A stretch of 63,669 bases of DNA, counting the filler. It is 6 parts of 6 records of this genome, joined end to end, with 100 filler letters (N's around TTAATTAATTAA, not from the genome) between each part and the next. Parts side by side here need not be neighbours in the genome. Positions count along the whole stretch, not along the records: positions 1 to 24,034 come from SRR31156797_5140; 5 more parts are not named here. One strand, written 5' to 3'. The translations under genes were made by a program, and so were the position numbers. This document shows, piece by piece, positions 1 to 8,668 of the stretch. The first letter of the stretch is position 1. Every line of letters starts with the position of its first letter. Under the pieces are notes generated by a model. That model ran no database searches. It saw only the letters and a program-made list of their open reading frames with translations, and was not told where the DNA came from.

Positions 1-30
1 CAAACGGTCAGTAAGCTGGTGTTGCAGTAA
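1..30 (+). CDS. 3' end of an upstream gene, T9SS CTD-like terminus (QTVSKLVLQ*), partial
   Basis: Frame 1 reads QTVSKLVLQ-TAA, is followed by a terminator, and is 27/30 identical to the CTD remnant at 940-969. Confidence 0.6.
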   Translation, partial: QTVSKLVLQ

Positions 31-43
31 AATGTGGAAAGAT

Positions 44-128
44 TTAGCCACGCCGTGAATCAAGCCCAGGCATAAAACACATTTATAAAGGCTTGACTTC
101 TGCCAGGAGGTAATCACGGTGTGGCTAA
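44..128. repeat. Nested inverted repeat (long hairpin)
   Basis: TTAGCCACGCCGTGA (44-58) pairs with TCACGGTGTGGCTAA (114-128); inner TCAAGCC (60-66) pairs with GGCTTGA (90-96). Confidence 0.75.
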
Positions 129-140
129 CACCGGTAAAAT

Positions 141-177
141 AAAAAGCCTCTCTGCGATATGCGGGGAGGCTTTTTTT
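141..177 (+). terminator. Intrinsic terminator
   Basis: AAAAAGCCTCTCTGC-gatat-GCGGGGAGGC-TTTTTTT. Confidence 0.8.
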
Positions 178-257
178 CATGAACATAAAGGTGCTACTTT
201 AGCGTTTATTAATAAATTGTACTTTTGAGAGTCCTAAAAATTAAAACTTTAAGAAAG

Positions 258-479
258 ATGCAAATACAGAATATTTCGAAAAATTTCGAAGAATCTTTTG
301 GGCAACTGAGTCCTTATCAGCAATTAAAACTACTAGAATTTGTCGAATCAATGATTTCAGAAAAGAGGAATCAAGGCGATTTATTAAAATTTGCCGGCGC
401 TATCGAAAAGTCAGAACTTGACTTAATGCAGGCAGCAATTGAAGAAGGTTGCGAAAAAATAGACAACAATGAGTGGTAG
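258..479 (+). CDS. Putative VapB-type antitoxin
   Basis: Small ORF overlapping a PIN toxin; acidic C-terminus (LLKFAGAI...EEGCEKIDNNEW); start moved to ATG 258. Confidence 0.75.
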   Translation: MQIQNISKNFEESFGQLSPYQQLKLLEFVESMISEKRNQGDLLKFAGAIEKSELDLMQAAIEEGCEKIDNNEW

Positions 480-858
480 TTATATTTTAGACACAAATAT
501 TGTTATTGCCTTGTTTGGTAAGGATGCCTTAGTTGCAAAAGAAATCGCTGATACTGATAAAATTTATATACCTGCCATTGTTGCGGGCGAATTATTTTAT
601 GGTGCGTTCAACTCAGGCAAGCCTGAGCAAAACAGACTTAAAATCGTTGATTTTTTGCAAAATGTAACTATTTTAAAATGCGACCTTGAGACAGGATATT
701 TTTATGGACGCATAAAAAAAGAGTTAAAGGATAAAGGAAAACCAATTCCGGAAAATGACATCTGGATTATTGCTTTAGCACTTCAGTATAAATTGAAAGT
801 AGTTAGCAGAGACATTCACTTTAAAAATGTCGCTACCCTTGACCTGGTAAAATGGTAA
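469..858 (+). CDS. vapC: VapC-family PIN-domain toxin
   Basis: YILDTNIVI, GELFYGA, IPENDIWI and SRDIHF PIN motifs. Confidence 0.93.
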   Translation: MSGSYILDTNIVIALFGKDALVAKEIADTDKIYIPAIVAGELFYGAFNSGKPEQNRLKIVDFLQNVTILKCDLETGYFYGRIKKELKDKGKPIPENDIWIIALALQYKLKVVSRDIHFKNVATLDLVKW

Positions 859-882
859 TAATCAAAATATTCACGAAAAAAT

Positions 883-969
883 AGTCTATTCACACAACCT
901 AATGGAATTTACTATCTAAAAATAACACAAAGAGAATTGCAAACGGTCAGAAAGATGGTGTTGCAATAA
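883..969 (+). pseudogene. Orphan T9SS CTD 3' remnant with no start codon
   Basis: Translates SLFTQPNGIYYLKITQRELQTVRKMVLQ*, matching the GxY...KxxxQ type-A CTD terminus. Confidence 0.7.
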
Positions 970-981
970 ATCAACCAGCAC

Positions 982-1075
982 AGTCATCCGATGAATCAAT
1001 GCATACCTGCTATAATTCATCAGATGACTTTCATGACCCAGGCCCCTTTCGCAGTACGCGGAGGGGGGCTTTGTT
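982..1075 (+). terminator. Hairpin plus terminator-like stem after the CTD remnant
   Basis: AGTCATCCGATGAAT/ATTCATCAGATGACT (982-1029), then GCCCCTTTCGC...GCGGAGGGGGGC-TTTGTT. Confidence 0.6.
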
Positions 1076-1194
1076 ATGTGGAAAGATATGTAAAGGGTTT
1101 ATTGTGGACGTTTATTAGGTTTTTTTGGATTTGTCATGGTTTCGCGTTGCCTCCGACAATCGAAACCGGATTCACAAACAAAAAATTTGAACTT

Positions 1195-2787
1195 ATGAAA
1201 CCCCGAAACACCCTGCAATCAGCAAAATGGATGCTGTGCCTGTTCATTGTTTTCGCATTTAACACAGCCCGAACCCAATCAAATTCTCTCACCCTGACAT
1301 TCAACGCTATCGATTCCATCACTCAGCAATCTCTGGCCATCGACAGTGTAATGATTGAAAACCTGAGCAGTTCTGGTACCATCATTGCCTACGGTCCGAA
1401 CCCGGAAGTAACTTTTGTGTGGTCTGCAATCGGCGAACCGGAGACAGAGCCAAAAACAACGTTCGAGCCGGCAACCTGTTTCCCAAATCCGTTTTACCAT
1501 AGTTCTATGGTTGCCATAGATGTATATCAACAACAGGAGTTGCATTTGAGCCTTATCAGTCAGTCGGGTGAAATTTTGGCAGGATTGAGCAAATATTGCA
1601 GGCCGGGCAGACATCTGTTCCGTGTTTCGGGAGGAGGAAACGGGATATGTTTCCTGCTGGTGAAAAGTGGCCGTGAGTCGAAAGCCGTAAAATTAATCAG
1701 CAAGTCGGGAAGTGATCATTCCATCGGATATACCGGGCAGACCGGCCTGATAAAATCGGTGGAATTAACCGGGGATTTTAATTTTACTCCGGGAGATACG
1801 CTCCAATATACAATGTATACCGATGGATATTATGATTTTGTGGCTTCAGACACGCCTTTCGAAAGCACGGATTATACCTGGGAACTTATTCCTGTGACGT
1901 TTTACGATCCCCCGTCAGTATTGATTGACGCGATCCTGGCCATAACCCATCACTCGGCCACCTGCAGTGCCAGCGTAACTGATAACGGTGGTACAACTGT
2001 CACATCCAGGGGCTTTTGCTGGAGCATGTCACCGGAACCAACAATCAACAACCATGTAACAACTACCGGCCAGAGCCTGGGAAATTACATAGGCAATTTG
2101 ACAGAGCTAACCCCGGGAACGGAATATTTTGTCAGGGCATGGGCCGCCAATATTGCCGGAACAGCCTACAGCGAAGAAACCCTGGAGTTAATGAGTAATT
2201 ACAGTCCTTTATACGTGCCGGGAGAATACCAGGGTTGGGATCCGTCGGAAGCACCCGCAATTTATGATTTCGATAATGATTCTATTTTCACAGGATATAT
2301 TTTCTTTCCCCCGGGCGGAACTCTGGAATTTTTGTTCACTTCTGCACCAAACTGGGACTATACAATCTACGGATATGGTGGAGAAGGACTCCTGGAAACC
2401 GGTCCGGGTGCCGGAAACCTGAGCGTGCCCCAATCATGGGGATACAGGCTCACAGTTGACATTCAGAACCTAACCTGGTCATACTATCCGGAAAACTGGG
2501 GCGTGATTGGTGAATGGCTTGGATGGGCTGAAGATATCGATATGGCATGGGATATTGAAACACAGGAATTATCGGTTACGGTTGAAGATATCCCTGCCGC
2601 TGAAGACCAGCGATTTAGATTTCGGGCAAACGATGCATGGGATATGAATCTCGGTGCCATCGATCCCCCCGACGGGCAGACACTCATGTGGGGCGGAAAC
2701 GATATCCCTATTCCGGAAGGCGGCACCATCACATTTATCCTGCGGTTTACCACACCCATGCCAACTTATGAGCTTATATATCCGTAA
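1195..2787 (+). CDS. Secreted protein: internal CTD-like Ig domain, FN3-like domain, SusE/SusF-like carbohydrate-binding modules
   Basis: Signal peptide from ATG 1195; CFPNPF...KAVKLI; VTDNGGTTVTSRGFCWS...YFVRAWA; LYVPGEYQGWDP, WGVIGEWLGW, FRFRANDAWDMNLG. Confidence 0.7.
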   Translation: MKPRNTLQSAKWMLCLFIVFAFNTARTQSNSLTLTFNAIDSITQQSLAIDSVMIENLSSSGTIIAYGPNPEVTFVWSAIGEPETEPKTTFEPATCFPNPFYHSSMVAIDVYQQQELHLSLISQSGEILAGLSKYCRPGRHLFRVSGGGNGICFLLVKSGRESKAVKLISKSGSDHSIGYTGQTGLIKSVELTGDFNFTPGDTLQYTMYTDGYYDFVASDTPFESTDYTWELIPVTFYDPPSVLIDAILAITHHSATCSASVTDNGGTTVTSRGFCWSMSPEPTINNHVTTTGQSLGNYIGNLTELTPGTEYFVRAWAANIAGTAYSEETLELMSNYSPLYVPGEYQGWDPSEAPAIYDFDNDSIFTGYIFFPPGGTLEFLFTSAPNWDYTIYGYGGEGLLETGPGAGNLSVPQSWGYRLTVDIQNLTWSYYPENWGVIGEWLGWAEDIDMAWDIETQELSVTVEDIPAAEDQRFRFRANDAWDMNLGAIDPPDGQTLMWGGNDIPIPEGGTITFILRFTTPMPTYELIYP

Positions 2788-2992
2788 ATAATTTCATTAA
2801 ACAGCACTTGAAAAAGCTTATATACAGCAACTATCATTTAATATTAATAACCAATTTTTGTGATTGGCATACCAATTACAAAATCTTCCCTGTTCTGAAA
2901 TTAACTTATTTTAAGGAATAAGCCGCTCAATTCCATTTACTTTTGCAAACGTTTTGAAAAACAATTTATTAACCAAAAAGAAACATAAATTT

Positions 2993-3625
2993 ATGGGAGT
3001 ATTAGTTGGTAGTAAGGCCCCATTGTTTGAAGCTGAAGCCGTTGTAAATGGCGGTGAATTTGTTGAGAAATTCACACTTGAGCAATTTATTGGTAAAAAA
3101 TACGTGGTCTTCTTCTTTTACCCACTGGATTTTACATTTGTTTGCCCTACTGAAATTCTGGCATTCCAGGAGCAGATTGAAGAATTTGAAAAGCGAAATG
3201 TGGCAGTTGTCGGCTGCTCCGTCGATTCAAAATATTCACACTACGCCTGGCTCAACACAGATAAAAAAGATGGCGGCATCAAAGGTGTAACCTACCCATT
3301 GGTTTCTGACCTGTCAAAAACAATTGCTGAAAACTACGATGTACTTGCCGGGGAATATGAGGTAACCGAAGACAGCGAAATGGACTTTGACGGAGATGCG
3401 GTAGCTTACCGAGGTTTGTTCCTGATTGACAAACAAGGCGTTGTCCGTCACCAGGTAGTGAACGATATGCCACTTGGCCGAAGCATTAAAGAAACGCTTC
3501 GTATGATTGATGCACTCCAGTTTTATGAAGAAAATGGCGAGGTTTGTCCGGCCGACTGGAACACAGGTGATGACGGCATCAAAGAATCCCATGAAGGCAT
3601 AGTCAATTATTTTTCGAAACATTAA
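2993..3625 (+). CDS. ahpC: 2-Cys peroxiredoxin AhpC
   Basis: FYPLDFTFVCPTE and GEVCPADW motifs; start ATG 2993. Confidence 0.93.
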   Translation: MGVLVGSKAPLFEAEAVVNGGEFVEKFTLEQFIGKKYVVFFFYPLDFTFVCPTEILAFQEQIEEFEKRNVAVVGCSVDSKYSHYAWLNTDKKDGGIKGVTYPLVSDLSKTIAENYDVLAGEYEVTEDSEMDFDGDAVAYRGLFLIDKQGVVRHQVVNDMPLGRSIKETLRMIDALQFYEENGEVCPADWNTGDDGIKESHEGIVNYFSKH

Positions 3626-3647
3626 ACTGCATTGAAAAAATATATAT

Positions 3648-3673
3648 AGAGCCCCTGCTACGGGGCTTTTTTT
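3648..3673 (+). terminator. Intrinsic terminator
   Basis: AGAGCCCC-tgctac-GGGGCT-TTTTTT. Confidence 0.75.
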
Positions 3674-3689
3674 ATTAAACCACAAAATT

Positions 3690-4286
3690 ATGATCGATAA
3701 AAAAGCAAAAACCAACCATGCCATTCACGAGATTTTAGTGAAACGCTGGAGCCCCCGCGCTTTTGATGGCAGGAAAATTGAGAAAGAAAAAGTTCAACGC
3801 ATGTTCGAAGCAGCCCGGTGGTCGCCCTCGGCAAGCAATGAACAACCCTGGAGTTTTATTATTGGTGAAAAAGGAGATGAAACTTTTAAGCAGATTTTTG
3901 AAACCCTTGTCGAGTTTAACCAGCTTTGGGTAAAAACCGCACCCCTGGCAGGCCTCACAATCGGCAGAAAAAACAACTCAAAAGGCAAATCGAATGACTG
4001 GTTCTGGTACGATGTTGGCCAGGCCATGGCACACCTGAGTTTTCAGGCAACCCACGAGGGATTGTTTGTACACCAAATGGCAGGATTCGACCGTAAAAAG
4101 GCCAATGAGATTTTCAACATACCGGAAGGATATGAAGCAATTTCTGCTTTTGCCATCGGTGAAATGGGTGATTATGAGGTGCTTCATGCCAACCTGCAGA
4201 AGCTCGAAGTAAAGGAAAGGGAAAGAAAAAGTATTGATGAGTTCGTTTTTTCGAATAAATTTGGCGAAAAATCTGAACTAATCTAA
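3690..4286 (+). CDS. Nitroreductase family protein
   Basis: RWSPRAF, ARWSPSASNEQPW, VHQMAGFD. Confidence 0.92.
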   Translation: MIDKKAKTNHAIHEILVKRWSPRAFDGRKIEKEKVQRMFEAARWSPSASNEQPWSFIIGEKGDETFKQIFETLVEFNQLWVKTAPLAGLTIGRKNNSKGKSNDWFWYDVGQAMAHLSFQATHEGLFVHQMAGFDRKKANEIFNIPEGYEAISAFAIGEMGDYEVLHANLQKLEVKERERKSIDEFVFSNKFGEKSELI

Positions 4287-4298
4287 GGATAACTCAAA

Positions 4299-5360
4299 AT
4301 GATTTTCGTTATACAAAATATCAAGCCCGACAAATCACTTCTATCGGGCTTTTTCTCTTTTAGGTTGTTTCCTTTTCTTCTCATCGTGATGATGTTTTTA
4401 AATTCTTGCGGGGATGCAAAAAAATCAGGGTCAACAACCACAAAATCAAATACAAAAAAGCAGGTTAAAAAGATCAAAACACCTGATTTCAAAGCAGATT
4501 CAGCATATTTCTTTGTACAGAAGCAACTCTCTTTCGGCCCGCGTGTACCGGGCTCTGATGCCCATGCCAAGTGCGCATTGTGGCTTGAACAAACCCTGAA
4601 AAAATATGCGGACGAAGTTACTGTGCAGAAATTTAAATCCAGGGTTTACAACAACAAAATTTTGGATGGTAAAAATATCATTGCCAGTTTCAATCCTGAA
4701 AAACGGAAACGGATATTTCTGGGAGCACACTGGGATTCGAGGCCTTACGCCGATCACGACCAGGATGCATCAAATCATCAAACACCTATCGACGGGGCAA
4801 ATGACGGCGCAAGCGGCACAGGAGTGCTTATTGAAATAGCACGACAATTGAGCAAAAATTCTCCTGACACTGGTATAGATATCATACTTTTTGATCTGGA
4901 AGATTACGGCCCTCCACAAGACAATCAAACCACGCAAGTTACCGAAACATGGGGCCTTGGCTCCCAATATTGGGCAGGGAATTTTCACATTCCTGGCTAT
5001 AGTGCCCGCTATGGAATTTTACTTGACATGGTGGGTGCAACAAATGCCGTTTTCCCAATGGAAGGTTTTTCGATGTATTACGCGCCGGATATCACCAAAA
5101 AAGTATGGGACATAGCCGGTGAAATCGGGTATGACGATTATTTTGTCTATGAACAGGGAGGCTACATTACTGACGATCACTACTTTGTTAATACCATTGC
5201 CCAGATCCCAATGATCAATATCATCCACCTTGATCCGGAATCAACCAACGGAACATTTTACGATCACTGGCATACTGTGAATGATAACCTTGAACAGATT
5301 GACCCAGCAACGCTAAAGGTTGTCGGCCAAACGGTGCTTGAAGTTCTTTTCAGAGAGTAG
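4299..5360 (+). CDS. M28-family lipoprotein, glutaminyl cyclase-like (start uncertain)
   Basis: LNSC lipobox; GAHWDSRP, GANDGASG, FDLEDYG, LLDMVG, DDH, WHT. Confidence 0.85.
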   Translation: MIFVIQNIKPDKSLLSGFFSFRLFPFLLIVMMFLNSCGDAKKSGSTTTKSNTKKQVKKIKTPDFKADSAYFFVQKQLSFGPRVPGSDAHAKCALWLEQTLKKYADEVTVQKFKSRVYNNKILDGKNIIASFNPEKRKRIFLGAHWDSRPYADHDQDASNHQTPIDGANDGASGTGVLIEIARQLSKNSPDTGIDIILFDLEDYGPPQDNQTTQVTETWGLGSQYWAGNFHIPGYSARYGILLDMVGATNAVFPMEGFSMYYAPDITKKVWDIAGEIGYDDYFVYEQGGYITDDHYFVNTIAQIPMINIIHLDPESTNGTFYDHWHTVNDNLEQIDPATLKVVGQTVLEVLFRE

Positions 5361-5379
5361 GATTTGAAGCCCAACAGTA

Positions 5380-6828
5380 CTATAGAGCCCCCTGGATCAA
5401 TTCTATAATTTCTTCTTTTCTTTCCATGTCGTCAAAAGCAGGTTCCTGCCTGATGCGTTCAATATTGTTAAAACCCAAAACCATGGCCTGCTCCAGGTAA
5501 CTTCCTGCAGCCTCTTCATCACCTTCCTTCATAGATACAACAGCACCCAAATAAAAATGCTCCGGGTTTAAGGGTTCTGTCAATCTGTAAATGTCAAGCG
5601 ACTTTTTAGCAAAATCCAGATTATCCTCAGCGATGGATTTTGTGGACTGCATATAAGCCATCAAACCAATAAACGACTCAAGGCGCTTGTTCAATCGCTG
5701 TTCAAAAACATCCTTAACAGGTGCCTTCAAAGCTATTATTTCTGCCTGCCACCATTCGATATCCTTATCCTGAAATGCAGCGATAAAGTTGTTTTGCAGT
5801 CCGGTTTCTTTTTCCATCGATTTTACCATGGCCGAAAGATCGTTGCGGTAATCCGGATTGTTCTTAAAACTCCGCATTTGTGATTTGAAATCATCAACGT
5901 TGGTAACACTTCCCAAAACTGATGCGGCCCGGTCAGCCATTTCTGCAGCATCAAAATATCGGTTTTCTGATGTATACTCGTCAATGGCTACATTATAATA
6001 ATCAATGGTCTGGCTGATGACAGGCTGGTTTTGGTCACCTGATTTTGACATGTAGTCGATTTCAAGGGCCAGAAAAGCTTCCCGCATGATTTCCTGAGAA
6101 GGCCAGTCGTGGCCGCCATCAAAAATCACAAGCTCATTCTCGAATCCTGACCGGGTGAGCAAGCGGTCATTATTGATCAACTCTCCCATATTGAAATCTT
6201 CATACCCTACCATCCCGAAATAATAAAAATCCGGTTTGGGCATTTGGCGAACAGCCGGGAAACCGGCGCCGCATCCCACAACACCCTGTACCTCGCTTTC
6301 CTGTATAGCAATAGAAACCGCAACCCTGGCCCCTCCCGAAAATCCCATGGTATAAATCCGCTCCTCGTCTATCCGGATATCACCGGATATTTCGGATCTC
6401 ATCTCATGATAATATTTCAAACCATCCTCGATGGGCTGGTTATTCATGGATTCGTTTGACCCAACAAGCACAAACCCAAATTCATCAGCCAGATCGCTGT
6501 ATTTGTTTATGGGTAGTTTCCCCCGGGCATGCGGGTCAAAAATAAAGATCACCGGAGCTATTGCTTCAGGCTTGTGATCAGCAGGAATATGCACTGTAAA
6601 TGGTAAGCGCCGGTTGACCGGCTTAAGGTCTTCCTGGAATTGATTTCCATTGGTCGGATTTTGTGAATTTTCAGGTAACTTTTGCATGCCCTCATTTTGA
6701 ACCGGTGTATTGGTTTGTACCTTTGTTTGCTTTTCCTGGTCCTCCTTTGGATTATCCGGACTCATGCATGCTGTAAGTGAAAATCCAAGATAAATAATGG
6801 AGAGTAATCGATAGATTTGTTTTTGCAT
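5380..6828 (-). CDS. Lipoprotein with alpha/beta-hydrolase domain and TPR-like C-terminus
   Basis: LTAC lipobox; GFSGG nucleophile elbow; FDGGHDW; helical C-terminus. Confidence 0.7.
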   Translation of the reverse strand: MQKQIYRLLSIIYLGFSLTACMSPDNPKEDQEKQTKVQTNTPVQNEGMQKLPENSQNPTNGNQFQEDLKPVNRRLPFTVHIPADHKPEAIAPVIFIFDPHARGKLPINKYSDLADEFGFVLVGSNESMNNQPIEDGLKYYHEMRSEISGDIRIDEERIYTMGFSGGARVAVSIAIQESEVQGVVGCGAGFPAVRQMPKPDFYYFGMVGYEDFNMGELINNDRLLTRSGFENELVIFDGGHDWPSQEIMREAFLALEIDYMSKSGDQNQPVISQTIDYYNVAIDEYTSENRYFDAAEMADRAASVLGSVTNVDDFKSQMRSFKNNPDYRNDLSAMVKSMEKETGLQNNFIAAFQDKDIEWWQAEIIALKAPVKDVFEQRLNKRLESFIGLMAYMQSTKSIAEDNLDFAKKSLDIYRLTEPLNPEHFYLGAVVSMKEGDEEAAGSYLEQAMVLGFNNIERIRQEPAFDDMERKEEIIELIQGAL

Positions 6829-6883
6829 AAATATCCCTTTGGGGGCAAAAGTAATTTATTGGATAAGAATTTTTGAATGTGCG

Positions 6884-8545
6884 CTATCTGCCTTTTTCCT
6901 TGTACCTGAAATAATCAAAATCGGCATGAAGCTTCTGACCTGTCATGTCGTTAACACTCATCCCGATAAAAGTGCCGGTAAACCCACGACAATATTCGTC
7001 AGACAGTTTCCCGGCATCGTAGGTCTCTCCCACCTGTCGCCACATCGTCCCGTCCTTGGACCAAAATAGCTTCAACTTATGATAAAAGAAGCTTGCTCGC
7101 AAATGGATAGTTCCTTCATCAGGAATATCCACAACTTTCGAAATATCCGGTTTACCATTATCAACGATGATTACAGCCACATTGCGTCCTATGCTGTCAT
7201 TATAACCAATTCGTAAATACCTGAAATTTTTTTCATTGTAAATACACATCAACCCTGCCATCTGCCGGAAATCTTCAGGCTTAAAATCAACGGCGGTTTC
7301 TATTTTTGCCTGGAAATGCTGCAACCTCCTTGCCACAAGACTTTGGCTAAACCTTGAGGTGGGAGATTGCCGGCCATACAGCCGCAGGTATCCCGGTCTT
7401 TCGGAAAGGCTTCCCCAGGATGGATCGAACGGCTCACGCAAAGTGTTAAAATGAATGTTCAGGTCTTCTGCATTAAATTCATCAACTTCTTCCGGTTCAG
7501 GAAATGTAAACTCAGGAAAGCCCGGCGCCTCAACCACAAGGTCTGGAATGTTACTTCCATTGGCCATTCGCAACCATCCTTCATCATTCCAGTAACAGCG
7601 CTGAATAGCAGTTTCGCGACCCAGATTACATTGCTGTGTTTCCGGCAGTGGCCGACCAACGAGGTAAGCAATGAACCAGTCACCATTGGGAATTTGAACC
7701 AGCGAAGCATGACCGGCTTTTTGAAGGGCCAGTGTGGAATCATTTCTTGATGTAAGGATTGGATTGCCTGGATCCAATTCGTAAGGCCCGTGTATATCTT
7801 TCGACCTTGCCATCGTAACTACATGATCATAACCGGTGCCTCCTTCGGCAGTCATCAGGTGGTAATATCCTCCATGTTTGTATATATGCGGGGCTTCTGT
7901 ACCGCCAAATTCTGTTCCTTTAAAAATCAATTCAGGTTTTCCGATGGTTTTTTTTGCAACAGGATCATATTCCTGAAGCAGAATACCTCCGCTTTTGTTT
8001 TCCGACCGGAAATCCCAAACCATGTTCAGCAGCCACTTACGTCCATCGGTGTCATGAAACAAGGAAGGATCAAAACCTCCGCTATTCAAAAAAACCGGTT
8101 CAGACCAGGGCCCATTTATATCCGGAGCTGTAACCAGGTAATTGTCAACATCCACGAATCCGCCTGACAGGTTTATTACATTTGAATAGACAAGATAAAA
8201 CAATTCATCAGCGTAGCTCAGGCACGGAGCCCAAACGCCCCCCGATCCGGAAATCCCGGACATATCTAATTGGGATTTTTTGGTAAGGGGATGGCCAATT
8301 AATTGCCAGTTTACCAGGTCACGCGAATGGTGAATCTGCACACCCGGAAACCATTCGAAAGTGGAGGTGGCGATGAAATAATCATCGTCAACACGAACGA
8401 TGGAAGGATCAGGATTAAAACCCCGGAGGATGGGATTGACAATTTTTGGTTGTTCTCCGTCAGCGCTGATATAGGTTTGTGAAATACCATAAAAACAAAA
8501 AACCGGTAAAATCAAAAAAGTGGTAATAAAGAAAAATCGAAACAT
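6884..8545 (-). CDS. GH43 beta-xylosidase/arabinofuranosidase
   Basis: NPILRGFNPDPSI, ATSTFEWFPG, WAPCLSY, FDPSLF, TEAPHIY, C-terminal GFTGTFIG. Confidence 0.93.
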   Translation of the reverse strand: MFRFFFITTFLILPVFCFYGISQTYISADGEQPKIVNPILRGFNPDPSIVRVDDDYFIATSTFEWFPGVQIHHSRDLVNWQLIGHPLTKKSQLDMSGISGSGGVWAPCLSYADELFYLVYSNVINLSGGFVDVDNYLVTAPDINGPWSEPVFLNSGGFDPSLFHDTDGRKWLLNMVWDFRSENKSGGILLQEYDPVAKKTIGKPELIFKGTEFGGTEAPHIYKHGGYYHLMTAEGGTGYDHVVTMARSKDIHGPYELDPGNPILTSRNDSTLALQKAGHASLVQIPNGDWFIAYLVGRPLPETQQCNLGRETAIQRCYWNDEGWLRMANGSNIPDLVVEAPGFPEFTFPEPEEVDEFNAEDLNIHFNTLREPFDPSWGSLSERPGYLRLYGRQSPTSRFSQSLVARRLQHFQAKIETAVDFKPEDFRQMAGLMCIYNEKNFRYLRIGYNDSIGRNVAVIIVDNGKPDISKVVDIPDEGTIHLRASFFYHKLKLFWSKDGTMWRQVGETYDAGKLSDEYCRGFTGTFIGMSVNDMTGQKLHADFDYFRYKEKGR

Positions 8546-8615
8546 ATTTTCTGTGATTTTTTAAAGGGCAAAAATACAGCTTTCACCATTTTATTTTGCC
8601 TTGAAAAAGCATATA

Positions 8616-8646
8616 AAAAAAGAGGCTTCATTGCTGAAGCCTCTTC
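8616..8646 (-). terminator. Terminator of the C25 gene
   Basis: AAAAAAAGAGGCTTCA-ttgc-TGAAGCCTCTT. Confidence 0.75.
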
Positions 8647-8668
8647 TATTGGATTAAACCATTTCAAA

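Noticed and set aside
469..969. VapC is in frame with the downstream T9SS CTD remnant (secreted toxin by readthrough?)
   Set aside because: Two tandem TAA stops, no signal peptide, and only the last ~30 aa of a CTD. Frame agreement has a 1-in-3 chance.
991..1194. N-terminal extension of the 598-aa ORF
   Set aside because: It overlaps the hairpin and terminator. The signal peptide begins at ATG 1195.
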